Below are positions 54,238 to 63,515 of a stretch of DNA of 64,000 nucleotides, in pieces (position 1 is the first letter of the stretch; every line of letters starts with the position of its first letter). The notes beneath the pieces are model-generated. The model was given only the letters and a program-made list of their open reading frames with translations, made no database searches and was not told the DNA's origin. Origin of the DNA: an uncultured Mageeibacillus sp. (GTDB lineage: Bacteria; Bacillota; Clostridia; Saccharofermentanales; Saccharofermentanaceae); contig CAZOFY010000002.1 in the NCBI GenBank assembly GCA_964579245.1, positions 5,081-69,080 on the forward strand, written 5' to 3'. The position numbers and the translations under genes were made by a program.

Positions 54238-54522
54238 CTACTCAACCCCTTCAAACAGCAAACTTGCAGAATCGCAAATGGCGCGAGCGAAGAAATGCAT
54301 CTTCTCGGGAGAGGAGCAGGTGATCTGAATCGTTCTGTTGTCTGCCTGAACGGTCGTCTGCATAAGGATGCTTGTGTTCACAAGCGAAGAACCCACAGCC
54401 TTTTCATGCAATTTTGCAGCGATATCGGCATCATAATATAGAATTGGGCCCGTCGTCAGGATTGCAACTATGCATCCGGTGAGAACAGGAAAAGTAATGG
54501 CTGTCTGCAATGTATGTGACAT
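54238..54522 (-). CDS. Small TadE-like membrane protein (no cleavable leader), unknown function
   Basis: 94 aa. N-terminal LQTAITFPVLTGCIVAILTTGPIL resembles the TadE helix, with Gln in place of Glu. It has a perfect AGGAGGTGAT RBS. Confidence 0.5.
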   Translation of the reverse strand: MSHTLQTAITFPVLTGCIVAILTTGPILYYDADIAAKLHEKAVGSSLVNTSILMQTTVQADNRTIQITCSSPEKMHFFARAICDSASLLFEGVE

Positions 54523-54563
54523 AAAAAATCACCTCCTGGATTTGCATCTTATCAGGAGGTGAT
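54523..54563 (-). promoter_or_regulatory. Hairpin pairing an anti-SD mimic with the RBS of ORF 54238-54522; doubles as a terminator-like structure after pheT
   Basis: Minus strand: ATCACCTCCTG-ATAAGATGCAAATC-CAGGAGGTGAT-TTTTT-ATG. 11-bp perfect stem. The 3' arm is the Shine-Dalgarno sequence and the U-run ends at the start codon. Confidence 0.65.
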
Positions 54564-54622
54564 ATGATTCTCTTTTCTGTTTTTCGACAATAGATCCGGA
54601 TACTCGACAAAAGTCAGTCAGA

Positions 54623-57049
54623 TCAGCGCAGAATTGCACCGGCTTCCTTTTCAAGTGAGCAGAGAATATCGGCAAAGGGCTGAACAATCTCGGCATCGGA
54701 CAGAGTTTTCTCCGGAGAACGGAAAAGCAGACTGAACGCGACGGATTTCTTCCCCTCTCCTACCTGAGATCCTGTATAAACGTCAAAAAGCTCCGTTTCT
54801 GCCAATAGCTTCCCGCCCTTCTTTCGAATGATCTTTTCCAAGGACCCAACGGATACCGACGCGTCAACTAATATGGCGAGGTCTCTTGAAATACCGGGGA
54901 ATTTGGGCAATTGTGAGAAGATACGCTTCGTCGTCGAGGCCTTTATGAGCGCCGACGTCTCAATACTCATGACGACAAGATTCTCCGGGCATTCGAAATT
55001 TCCGGCAACTTCCGGGTGAATGAATCCAAAATAGCCGGCCGCTCTTCCGTTAATCGTAATTCTCGCCGAACGACCCGGATGCAGATAAGGAAGATCGGTG
55101 ATCGGCTCAAATACCAAGCTTCGAATCGCGAGGTTCGAGCATAGCTCAGTGATGTGACCCTTCATTCGGAAAAACAGATCGGCCTGATCGGAGCTTCTCT
55201 CGGTATCGAAAAGAAACGCAGACAGAACTTGAATTTCCTCCGGTAATACTTGAGCGTCCTCACCAGGAAGGTAAACATACGCCACCTCGAAAATCGAAGC
55301 ATCTTTGACGGAACGCTTACCATTCGTAGCAGCGATCCGCAGCATAGACGGAATTAAGGATGTTCTCATGACCGAGAAATCCTCTCCGAGCGGATTGGTG
55401 ATGACAAGCTGATGTCGCAGAGCATCCTCCGGTGCAAGAAGCATGCGGTCCAGGTCTTTCGGACTCTCAAAGGAGTATGTCAAAGCTTCGAAATATCCCT
55501 GGGACGTCATGACATCCTTGATTTTCTCGATTGTTTTCTGTTCCGGAGTACGGCCTCCAAGGATGGTCTCTTTGCCCTCCATCAACGTAGGCTTGATATT
55601 GTTATATCCATAAAAACGCGCAACCTCTTCAGCTAAATCCGCCGAACAGATCAGGTCAGGCCGGTAGCTCGGAGGCACGCATATCAGTCCATCCGCTGTC
55701 GACTCAATCTCACAGCCAAGTTTTTGCAATGTATCAAGCATGAATGCAGAAGCGATCTGTGTTCCAAGAAATGCATTGACTTTCTCAGGGGAAAAAGAGA
55801 TGCGCGGAATGGCAATATGCGTAGGATATTCGTCTATCTTCCCCTTCAAAACCTTGCCGCAGCCAAGCTCCTCTACCAACTCGCAGGCTCTCTCCAGAGC
55901 TCGCATCGCGTTCTCCGGATCCAGCCCCTTCTCATAACGCGAGGAAGCCTCGGTTCTCAAGGCATTACGCATGGCTGTTCTCCTCACGCTCATACCTTCA
56001 AATGTTGCCGATTCGAAAAGTATTTCCGTGGTATCTTGCTTCACAAGCGAATTTTCACTTCCCATTACGCCTGCGATTGCGCAGACCTTATTATCATCAG
56101 CAATGACGAGCATGTCTGGATTCAGGATGCGGTCAATTCCGTCCAGTGTCCTTGTCATCTCCTGATCCTTGGCACGTCTGACAATAATATGGTTGCCCGC
56201 AAGGTATCTCAGGTCGAAAGCATGCATCGGTTGTCCAAGTTCCAGACACACATAATTTGTGATATCGACGATATTGTTGATCGGACGCATACCGGCGTCC
56301 CGAAGTCTCTGCTGCATCCACTCCGGAGACGGAGCGACGGTAACATTCTCTACGACCCGCGAGCAATATCTGAAACACAGAGACGAATCAAGAATATCGA
56401 CCTTAGCTACATTCGCGGAGAATCGGGTCCCCTCTTCCCTTACCTTCGGCATGACCGGCTTGAAGGCTGTTCCCTGAGTGATAGCCGCCTCTCTTCCAAG
56501 TCCCTCGATTGAGAAACAATCCGGACGGTTTGAGGTGATCTCAAAGTCGATCGTCGTTTTCCCAAGGCCTAAATACTCTCGAACATCCACGCCGATCTTT
56601 GTGGAAGAAGGCATGTGCCAAAGGCCATTCTCAGAAGCGCCTTCGAATTCCTCATGAGAGAAGCCAAGCTCCTGAATCGAACAGCACATCCCGTTACTCT
56701 CAACGCCGCGAAGCTTTCCCTTCTTGATGACCATGCCGGAGGGCAGTGTCGCGCCCGCAACGGCTATCGGACAAATCATCCCGACCTCGACGTTCGGAGC
56801 GCCGCAGACAATTTGCAGAACGCCGCCAAGATCCTCTCGGCCCATGTCCGCTTCAACGACCACAAGGTGATCGGAGTCCGGATGCGGGACAGATGATACT
56901 ATTTTACCCGTATAAACATTCTGAATGTCTTCCCCGCTGACGATGATCTCTTCGACCTTCGATCCGGAGAGAGTCATGCTCTCGCAGAACTCATGCGTTG
57001 ATCCGGTTATTTCTGTAAAATCTTTCAGCCATTCAAGTGGTGCTTTCAT
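54623..57049 (-). CDS. pheT: Phenylalanine--tRNA ligase beta subunit
   Basis: 808 aa. N-terminal tRNA-binding domain (KAPLEWLKDF...), B3/4, B5 and FDX-ACB domains in the usual order. Located immediately downstream of pheS. Confidence 0.95.
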   Translation of the reverse strand: MKAPLEWLKDFTEITGSTHEFCESMTLSGSKVEEIIVSGEDIQNVYTGKIVSSVPHPDSDHLVVVEADMGREDLGGVLQIVCGAPNVEVGMICPIAVAGATLPSGMVIKKGKLRGVESNGMCCSIQELGFSHEEFEGASENGLWHMPSSTKIGVDVREYLGLGKTTIDFEITSNRPDCFSIEGLGREAAITQGTAFKPVMPKVREEGTRFSANVAKVDILDSSLCFRYCSRVVENVTVAPSPEWMQQRLRDAGMRPINNIVDITNYVCLELGQPMHAFDLRYLAGNHIIVRRAKDQEMTRTLDGIDRILNPDMLVIADDNKVCAIAGVMGSENSLVKQDTTEILFESATFEGMSVRRTAMRNALRTEASSRYEKGLDPENAMRALERACELVEELGCGKVLKGKIDEYPTHIAIPRISFSPEKVNAFLGTQIASAFMLDTLQKLGCEIESTADGLICVPPSYRPDLICSADLAEEVARFYGYNNIKPTLMEGKETILGGRTPEQKTIEKIKDVMTSQGYFEALTYSFESPKDLDRMLLAPEDALRHQLVITNPLGEDFSVMRTSLIPSMLRIAATNGKRSVKDASIFEVAYVYLPGEDAQVLPEEIQVLSAFLFDTERSSDQADLFFRMKGHITELCSNLAIRSLVFEPITDLPYLHPGRSARITINGRAAGYFGFIHPEVAGNFECPENLVVMSIETSALIKASTTKRIFSQLPKFPGISRDLAILVDASVSVGSLEKIIRKKGGKLLAETELFDVYTGSQVGEGKKSVAFSLLFRSPEKTLSDAEIVQPFADILCSLEKEAGAILR

Positions 57050-57103
57050 TCTATCGGCCTCCGTTAAGGGTTGTTTTTCCTTGTTTGCGAAAAGTCAGAT
57101 CCA

Positions 57104-58135
57104 TTATTTGAACTGACGTAAAAAGCGCATGTCATTTTCATAGAGGTTACGAATATCATCGATACCGTAGCGCCCCATTGCCGTTCGCTCCACTCCGATG
57201 CCAAATGCAAATCCGCTGTAGATCTCCGGGTCTATTCCACAGCCGGAAAGCACTTCCGGATGAACCATACCGGCTCCTAAAAGCTCGATCCACCCCTCAC
57301 CCTTACAGACGCGGCAGCCTTTGCCTCCGCATGTCCAGCACGACAAATCCACCTCGCAAGATGGTTCTGTAAACGGGAAATGATGCGGTCTTAAGCGGAT
57401 CTTCGAATTCTCACCGAAAAGCTTCTTTGTAAAGAGTTGTAATGATCCGACAAGATCTCCCATCGTTATTCCCTTGTCAACAACCAGTCCCTCGATCTGG
57501 TGAAAAATCGGTGAGTGCGTGCTGTCAAGAGTATCCGAACGATATACCTTGCCGGGGCAGACGATACGAATCGGAGGCTGTGTAACCTCCATCACGCGGA
57601 TCTGAACAGGCGAGGTCTGGGGGCGCAGTAAAATATTCTCCGAGAAATAGAACGTGTCCTGCGTATCACGAGCAGGGTGTCCCTTGGGCAGACGAAGCTT
57701 CTCGAATCCATATGAATCGTATTCCACCTCCGGGCCTTCCGCAATAGAAAAACCAAGGCCCAGAAAGATGTTGCAGATCTCATCGACCACCATATAAATC
57801 GGATGACGTGTTCCCAGAGACTGAGGCTTTGCCGGCATCGTAACATCGATTGTCTGAGCGAGAAGACGTGCTGCCTTTTCATCCGATACAATGGACGAAA
57901 TGCGTTCATTCAAGCGGATCTCCATCTCTTCTCGAATGTCATTGACCAGCTGACCTACAACAGGTCTCTCTTCCGCAGACAGAGATCCCATCCCGCGAAG
58001 AAGAGCAGTCAGCTCACCCTTTTTACCGAAATAGCGAACGCGAATAGCATCTGCTTCTACGGAAGTCTCGATTTCTGACAATTCCTTCTGGAAATTGTCC
58101 CGGATTGAATACAGAGAAGATTTAAGATCATTCAT
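57104..58135 (-). CDS. pheS: Phenylalanine--tRNA ligase alpha subunit
   Basis: Class II motifs (HPARDTQDTFY, GKVYRSD, FHQIEG, GAGMVHPEVL, GFAFGIGVER). ATG 58135 (MNDLKSS) follows CAGGAGG. Confidence 0.95.
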   Translation of the reverse strand: MNDLKSSLYSIRDNFQKELSEIETSVEADAIRVRYFGKKGELTALLRGMGSLSAEERPVVGQLVNDIREEMEIRLNERISSIVSDEKAARLLAQTIDVTMPAKPQSLGTRHPIYMVVDEICNIFLGLGFSIAEGPEVEYDSYGFEKLRLPKGHPARDTQDTFYFSENILLRPQTSPVQIRVMEVTQPPIRIVCPGKVYRSDTLDSTHSPIFHQIEGLVVDKGITMGDLVGSLQLFTKKLFGENSKIRLRPHHFPFTEPSCEVDLSCWTCGGKGCRVCKGEGWIELLGAGMVHPEVLSGCGIDPEIYSGFAFGIGVERTAMGRYGIDDIRNLYENDMRFLRQFK

Positions 58136-58192
58136 ATTTGCCTCCTGGCAGGAAGGATATTGTCGATTCACATGCATTCGCACGAAACTCGT

Positions 58193-58248
58193 ATAGAAAA
58201 ATAAAATCCGCCCCAGCGCTGGACGGATATCTCATCCCGACGGATTTT
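58193..58248 (-). terminator. Terminator-like branched hairpin between the MBL hydrolase gene and pheS (terminator or leader attenuator)
   Basis: Minus strand AAAATCCGTC...26 nt...GGCGGATTTT followed by ATTTTTC. 10-bp stem including one G-U pair. Confidence 0.4.
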
Positions 58249-58315
58249 TATATATTGCGCATATTCAGCAATTTCATAAAAAACGGCCGTCCGACGTACG
58301 AAACATATTAACATT

Positions 58316-58969
58316 TCACTGAAACGGTGTAAAGTACGGGTTATTTCTTTTCTCGTGTCCGATGGTCGTTGAGGGACCGTGACCGGGGTAGACCTTCACG
58401 TCTTCCGGCAACAAAGACAATCTCGATATTGATTGAAGCATCTTTGTCATCGAACCGCCCAGGTCGGTCCTTCCGATCGTCTCGTAGAATATCGTGTCTC
58501 CGGAAAACAGAGCATATTCCACCCCTGCGGAAGTTTTTTCCGTGAAAAGCAAACAAATCGACCCTGACGTATGTCCCGGAGTATGAAGCACCTGGATTTT
58601 CAAATCTGTTTGCGTGGTAAAACCAAGGTCTGCGGTGCTGAAAATGTCATTATCACTTAATCGAAGAATCGGTTCTGATACAGTCAGCTTTGTATTGAGC
58701 GATAAAGAAACAGCTCCATGTCCGGAAACAATCATAGGGCACTCCGCCGTATGAGCCATGATCTTTGCCCCTGTTCTCCTTCGCAGGGAATCAGCTTCGT
58801 AAATATGATCGAAGTGACCATGTGTACAGAAAATACCGTGAACGACAAGAGAATCCAGTTCCATGGCTTCGAATGTCACACAGGGGTCAATGACAATAGC
58901 GTCATTTCCACATTTGACAGCATAAGCATTAGCTTGCAAAGGCCCATACGGATAGCATTTTATTTCCAT
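58316..58969 (-). CDS. MBL-fold metallo-hydrolase (glyoxalase II-like)
   Basis: HxHxDH motif (CTHGHFDH), later HTPGHTSG and GH. 217 aa. Confidence 0.85.
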   Translation of the reverse strand: MEIKCYPYGPLQANAYAVKCGNDAIVIDPCVTFEAMELDSLVVHGIFCTHGHFDHIYEADSLRRRTGAKIMAHTAECPMIVSGHGAVSLSLNTKLTVSEPILRLSDNDIFSTADLGFTTQTDLKIQVLHTPGHTSGSICLLFTEKTSAGVEYALFSGDTIFYETIGRTDLGGSMTKMLQSISRLSLLPEDVKVYPGHGPSTTIGHEKRNNPYFTPFQ

Positions 58970-59034
58970 GAGAAATCTCCCGAGAAAGCTCAGAACAGGG
59001 TAGCTTAGTCAAAATACAAAATGGGAACAGGGGT

Positions 59035-59427
59035 TCAGGATCGAATTAAATCTCTCCAATCCAGGTCTCCTCTGTCAATGGCGAGGATAAGGATTTCTGC
59101 GGAAGCCAGATTCGTCGCGTAGGGTATATTATTGTAGTCACATGCCTTCAATAGGGCATTGGGTTGATCATACATTCCAATCTGCGCATCTCGCAAGTAA
59201 ATGACGGCGTCCAACTCATTGAACATTGCTCTGGATGCTAATTGGTCAAAACCGCTGGAATAGTCCATGGAAAGTCCAAAGACATCGATTTCAGAAGACT
59301 GCTGCAGAAGCTTTGCAGTATTTTGCATGGAAAAAACATCATGCTTCGATAAAAGCTGACGATATGCAATGCAGAAGTTTACAAGTAGCTCGTTCTTTCG
59401 GCCGTCTGCCAATAGGACAATCTTCAT
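59035..59427 (-). CDS. Methylglyoxal synthase-like (MGS-fold) protein lacking canonical catalytic residues
   Basis: MGS-like fold pattern (KIVLLADGRKNELL..., NIPYATNLASAE). However, AHDH is replaced by ADGR, TGTTG by MQNTA, and PHDPD by MYDQPN. ATG 59427 follows AGGAGG. Confidence 0.6.
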   Translation of the reverse strand: MKIVLLADGRKNELLVNFCIAYRQLLSKHDVFSMQNTAKLLQQSSEIDVFGLSMDYSSGFDQLASRAMFNELDAVIYLRDAQIGMYDQPNALLKACDYNNIPYATNLASAEILILAIDRGDLDWRDLIRS

Positions 59428-59562
59428 AAATCCCTCCTGCTTCTTCACTTACCATTCATTTTACAAATACTGAGTGTAAACCGCAAGGAAAAACTATTGA
59501 TGAATCAATCAAATCGACACGAGACTTTTTGTCTAAAAGTGATAGTTTCCGAACAAAAGGTA

Positions 59563-61923
59563 TCAATTCTGACCGGCTTCTGTTGCCGTTGTTCCGGAGG
59601 ACTCCGGTGTCGGAGTGGCCGCCGGAACATCACCAATCGCCGCATCAGATTGGGTCACCTTCGTTTGATCAGATTCGGCTACATCGAAATAGGCCATCAG
59701 AAGTTTCTTCGCGATGCCTGTCGTCAATGACCCCCATGCTCCGCGATCGACAACAAGAGCGATAGCGACCTGCGGATCGTCATATGGAGCGTAAATGACA
59801 AACAAGCCATTCGAATACTCTTTTTTAATATATTCTAAACCTGTCTCGGCAGTTCCTGTTTTGCAGGCCACAGCAATCGGAAAATCCATAAAATTCTCAT
59901 ATGCCGTACCTTGATCATTCGCTCCAACGGCAAGCATACCTTGTCGAACCGCACCTAGTGTCGATTCAGACAAGGGCAACTGTTCAATATATGTCGATCC
60001 TGCATACAGTGTAGTTCCGTCAGCAGCCGTAACGTCTTTAATAATGTGCGGCGTGACCAGTGTATTCGTTGCCAGAGCGGCTGTGTATCGTGCCAGTTGA
60101 ATGATCGTAAAGGAATTGTCGAACTGACCGATAGAGCTTTGAGCGGTATCGGCTATGAACCAGGTCTTATCGTATTCCTGCTCGCGAAGTAAACGTTTGA
60201 CTTCCTTGCTTGCCCGAAAGCCTTTGACCTCTCCGGGAAGATCGATTCCGGTTAATTCTCCGAGCCCAAGAACCTTGCCCCAATAATCAATCGCGTCGAT
60301 TCCGGTTTTAATGCCCAATTGCTGAAAATACAGATTGCAGGATGTTGCAAGTCCCTGCTCTAAGGATAACGGGCCATGCCCATCGTCCGGTCTCTCCAGG
60401 CACTTTACAACGAAGCCTGCATCAATTTCATAGGGACTCTTACATATGTATGTATTCGATCCGGCTGAAATGACTCCCTTTTCGAGGCCTGCAACAGCAG
60501 TAACCATCTTGAAAGTGGATCCGGGAGCGTAATAAGCCTGAATCGCCCTGTTAAACAAGGGCTTATCCTCCTCTGTGACGGCACTGTAATCGCCAAGTCC
60601 CAGATAATAATTCACCTGTTCCTGAGCCCGTGCGTCACCATCCATAGTAAGGACGAAGTCCATCGGATCAAAGTTCGGATAAGAGACCATCGTTAAGATT
60701 TCTCCCGTCTTGACATCCAACATGACGACGGCACCACCGGAAGCTGTCTTATATCCCTTCTCTATCGCTTCCGGTTCTTCTGCGGCTTCTTTAATATATT
60801 CTTTCAGCGCGTCCATTGCGACCTTCTGCAAACGAGTGTCGATCGTCAGCCGGACTTTCGCTCCGGGCTGAGGCTTAACGCCGATGGTTTCCGGGAAAAA
60901 CATCCCCCCCGCCTCGTCGGTTGTCCAGACATTATATGGCTCGATACCGGATTGTCCGTGCAAGTATCGTTCCATCTGCGCTTCTATTCCCTGCTGTCCG
61001 ACGACGTCATCAGCTGAGTATCCGAAGTCTTTCAAGGAGGAAAAGGTTTCCTGTGAGATTTTTCCAATATATCCGACGACCGAAGACGAGGTCTTGGCAA
61101 GAGGAGAGTATACGCGTCGATACTCCTTGCCCGCAATAACTCCAAAATACTTATTATTCTGCTCCAATAAAATGGCGATCAATTCATCCGGGACATCCGT
61201 GGCAATTTTTACGGGAGTCCCTGTCTGGAATGCCCATCTGGCAGCGTAGATCTGATATCGGAGCAGAGCAATACGGTAAGCCTCCTCTTCGGAGTATTCC
61301 GTCGAGATGTTGAAGACTTCCTTTGATCTCAAATACAGGAAAAAAACTTGAGGATCCATTTTCACATACGTATCAGAATACGAGACGATGGAATCTGTCG
61401 TTGACTCCTTAAGTTTAAAGAGATTCGGACTGATTTGCCAAGCAATCGTCTTCTCTGAATCCTTCAAAAAGAGATATGGATCAATTTGTAAGTATTCGGC
61501 AAGTTCATATACCGGGGTGACATTGTATTGATCCAATAAATAGGAGAGATCCAAGAGCATGGCATTCAGCTTGTCATCCTTAAGTTTGGCATTCGCAAGC
61601 ATGAGCGTATTCACTTCTTCGGAGGTTGCCAAGACGATGCCGTTGCAGTCGACAATGTCACCCCTCGGCGCTTTAACACCATATTGTCTTGATACTCCGG
61701 TATAGGATGCGAGGATCTGCGTCGTGTTACCGGAAAGCTGCAAATTGGCTGTCATAACGAGAATCGTTACGGCAAATACCCAGAAGATAATGCCAAGAAT
61801 CGTATAGCGACTCTGCAAGAGTCGCAAAATGGAAAACACCGGTGCAGGAGTCTCAAGTGATCCGGAATCGACATGGTCCTGATCAAAAACATATACTCCG
61901 TCATCGTTTAATTGCTTCGCCAT
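59563..61923 (-). CDS. mrdA: Penicillin-binding protein 2 (class B, elongation-type)
   Basis: TM anchor, PBP dimerisation domain, and transpeptidase motifs STFKMVTA, SCN and KTGTA. Follows mreC-mreD and overlaps mreD by 16 nt. Confidence 0.88.
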   Translation of the reverse strand: MAKQLNDDGVYVFDQDHVDSGSLETPAPVFSILRLLQSRYTILGIIFWVFAVTILVMTANLQLSGNTTQILASYTGVSRQYGVKAPRGDIVDCNGIVLATSEEVNTLMLANAKLKDDKLNAMLLDLSYLLDQYNVTPVYELAEYLQIDPYLFLKDSEKTIAWQISPNLFKLKESTTDSIVSYSDTYVKMDPQVFFLYLRSKEVFNISTEYSEEEAYRIALLRYQIYAARWAFQTGTPVKIATDVPDELIAILLEQNNKYFGVIAGKEYRRVYSPLAKTSSSVVGYIGKISQETFSSLKDFGYSADDVVGQQGIEAQMERYLHGQSGIEPYNVWTTDEAGGMFFPETIGVKPQPGAKVRLTIDTRLQKVAMDALKEYIKEAAEEPEAIEKGYKTASGGAVVMLDVKTGEILTMVSYPNFDPMDFVLTMDGDARAQEQVNYYLGLGDYSAVTEEDKPLFNRAIQAYYAPGSTFKMVTAVAGLEKGVISAGSNTYICKSPYEIDAGFVVKCLERPDDGHGPLSLEQGLATSCNLYFQQLGIKTGIDAIDYWGKVLGLGELTGIDLPGEVKGFRASKEVKRLLREQEYDKTWFIADTAQSSIGQFDNSFTIIQLARYTAALATNTLVTPHIIKDVTAADGTTLYAGSTYIEQLPLSESTLGAVRQGMLAVGANDQGTAYENFMDFPIAVACKTGTAETGLEYIKKEYSNGLFVIYAPYDDPQVAIALVVDRGAWGSLTTGIAKKLLMAYFDVAESDQTKVTQSDAAIGDVPAATPTPESSGTTATEAGQN

Positions 61924-62492
61924 AATTCCTCCGTCGATACATCCTCACCTTTTACCGGTATCGAGTACCCAATACGATATGGCCCCAGATACTTCAATAA
62001 TAGAATCAGAGGCACAGCAATAAGTAAGTTAATAAGCAGTTGCGGCAGAATACTGTCAAAAACAATGGTTTGAATCGGCAGATAGGATGTATCATGACGC
62101 AGGAAAAGCGGTACAAAATAAAAAATCAGGTGTCCGATGATCTTGTAGGATAACGTGATCAATGCCACCTGGAGAAAAGCCAGGGTCACCCGGCTGTGAA
62201 AAGCTTTGGAAAAAAAGAACGACGATACAATCCCGATGAACATAAAGACAAGAGCCCCGACTCCGAGCGTCATGCCGGACATGACATCCCGAATCAGACC
62301 AACTGTCAGTCCGACAACCGCCCCGTCGAAGGTTTTGAAAAAATACCCGCTCAAGATCACGATCACAAGCATAAAGTCAGCAGTCTGTCCGCGAAAAGAA
62401 AGCTGTTGCGGAAAAGATACCTGCAAAGCAGAAAAAAACATAATATATATCGCATAAACAGCAATTTGTCGGATCCTGTCACTTCTCTTCAA
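61908..62492 (-). CDS. mreD: Rod shape-determining protein MreD
   Basis: 194-aa polytopic membrane protein directly downstream of mreC. Assigned by position and hydrophobic profile. Confidence 0.8.
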   Translation of the reverse strand: MKRSDRIRQIAVYAIYIMFFSALQVSFPQQLSFRGQTADFMLVIVILSGYFFKTFDGAVVGLTVGLIRDVMSGMTLGVGALVFMFIGIVSSFFFSKAFHSRVTLAFLQVALITLSYKIIGHLIFYFVPLFLRHDTSYLPIQTIVFDSILPQLLINLLIAVPLILLLKYLGPYRIGYSIPVKGEDVSTEELWRSN

Positions 62493-62508
62493 GTAGAGTC
62501 CTCTCTTC

Positions 62509-63444
62509 TTATTGCCCGGCCGGATTCTCAGACGGTGTAGGCACAGGTGAAATAGACGCTTCCATGTTCGCCGTCGGCGGAATCATAATGAAAACATCAT
62601 TCAGGTTGGCGATATCCACATAAGGCTTCATCGTCGCATAACGATTGAGCGGCGAGCTGTCGTCGATCGATACAATGACGCCGATCGGAATGCCAGCCGG
62701 AAACAGTCCTCCCAGACCATTCGTCACCAGTTCGTCTCCGACCTTAAGCACCGCGTTCTCATCAATCTGATCAACCATGCACAAACCGTCTTCCTTCAGT
62801 TCAACTTCTCCATGCACCATAACATCGGCGCCGTTTACCGAATTGACCTTCGCGTTAACAGTAAAGCCCTCGTGAAGGACGGGCATCACTTTAGATGATG
62901 TAAAATCTGCTGAATACACCTTGCCGACCAAATTCATCTGAGCGTCGACAACAGCATAGGAAGGATTCTCCTCAGATATATGAATACCCGTATGATTACC
63001 GGCAGCCACCCGAATGACACTGAACCATTCGTCCGCTTCTCTTGATAAAATGGACGCACCAAAAATCTCATAGCTTTCGAACGAATCCTTGATATGAAAA
63101 GCGTCCTTCAACTCCTCCCATCGCAGGGAAGCCTCCTCTTTTACCTTGACTTGATATTCAAGCTCTGCAATCCGGTTCTTCAGTTCATTGTTTTCCTGTC
63201 TGATGGCAATTCCATCTGTGATCGCCGCAAAAAAGTCGGAAATGCTGTTCCCTCCTCCTGAGATCGCTGTCTGAATGGGATTCATCGCAACGGAGATTGG
63301 AGACGAGAGGTTATGGACAAGATTGCCTTGAATGGAATCAAAAATGATGATAGCCACCAAAAGGAGTGCAACCAAAACAACGATAAATACCTTGTTAGCC
63401 AGTAATTTCTTAAGCACAGAGCACCTCAAGCTTGGCGAAAGCAT
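62509..63444 (-). CDS. mreC: Rod shape-determining protein MreC
   Basis: N-terminal TM helix, coiled coil (ENNELKNRIAELEYQVKVKEE), and a beta-rich C-terminal part with LVTNGLGGLFPAGIPIGVI. The start is uncertain (ATG 63444 or GTG 63417). Confidence 0.88.
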   Translation of the reverse strand: MLSPSLRCSVLKKLLANKVFIVVLVALLLVAIIIFDSIQGNLVHNLSSPISVAMNPIQTAISGGGNSISDFFAAITDGIAIRQENNELKNRIAELEYQVKVKEEASLRWEELKDAFHIKDSFESYEIFGASILSREADEWFSVIRVAAGNHTGIHISEENPSYAVVDAQMNLVGKVYSADFTSSKVMPVLHEGFTVNAKVNSVNGADVMVHGEVELKEDGLCMVDQIDENAVLKVGDELVTNGLGGLFPAGIPIGVIVSIDDSSPLNRYATMKPYVDIANLNDVFIMIPPTANMEASISPVPTPSENPAGQ

Positions 63445-63515
63445 ATACGCTTTCCATGAAAGTAAGATCGTAAGATCACGAAAAATTATACCATATATTG
63501 TCGAAAACTTCCTCC

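Noticed and set aside
55724-56512. 262-aa plus-strand ORF.
   Set aside because: Antisense to pheT, whose identity is unambiguous. It is a shadow ORF.
60904-60910. Homopolymeric C7 tract (G7 on the coding strand) inside pbp2, considered as a possible phase-variation site.
   Set aside because: It is short, encodes a Gly-Gly run in frame, and there is no evidence of frameshifted reading frames around it.
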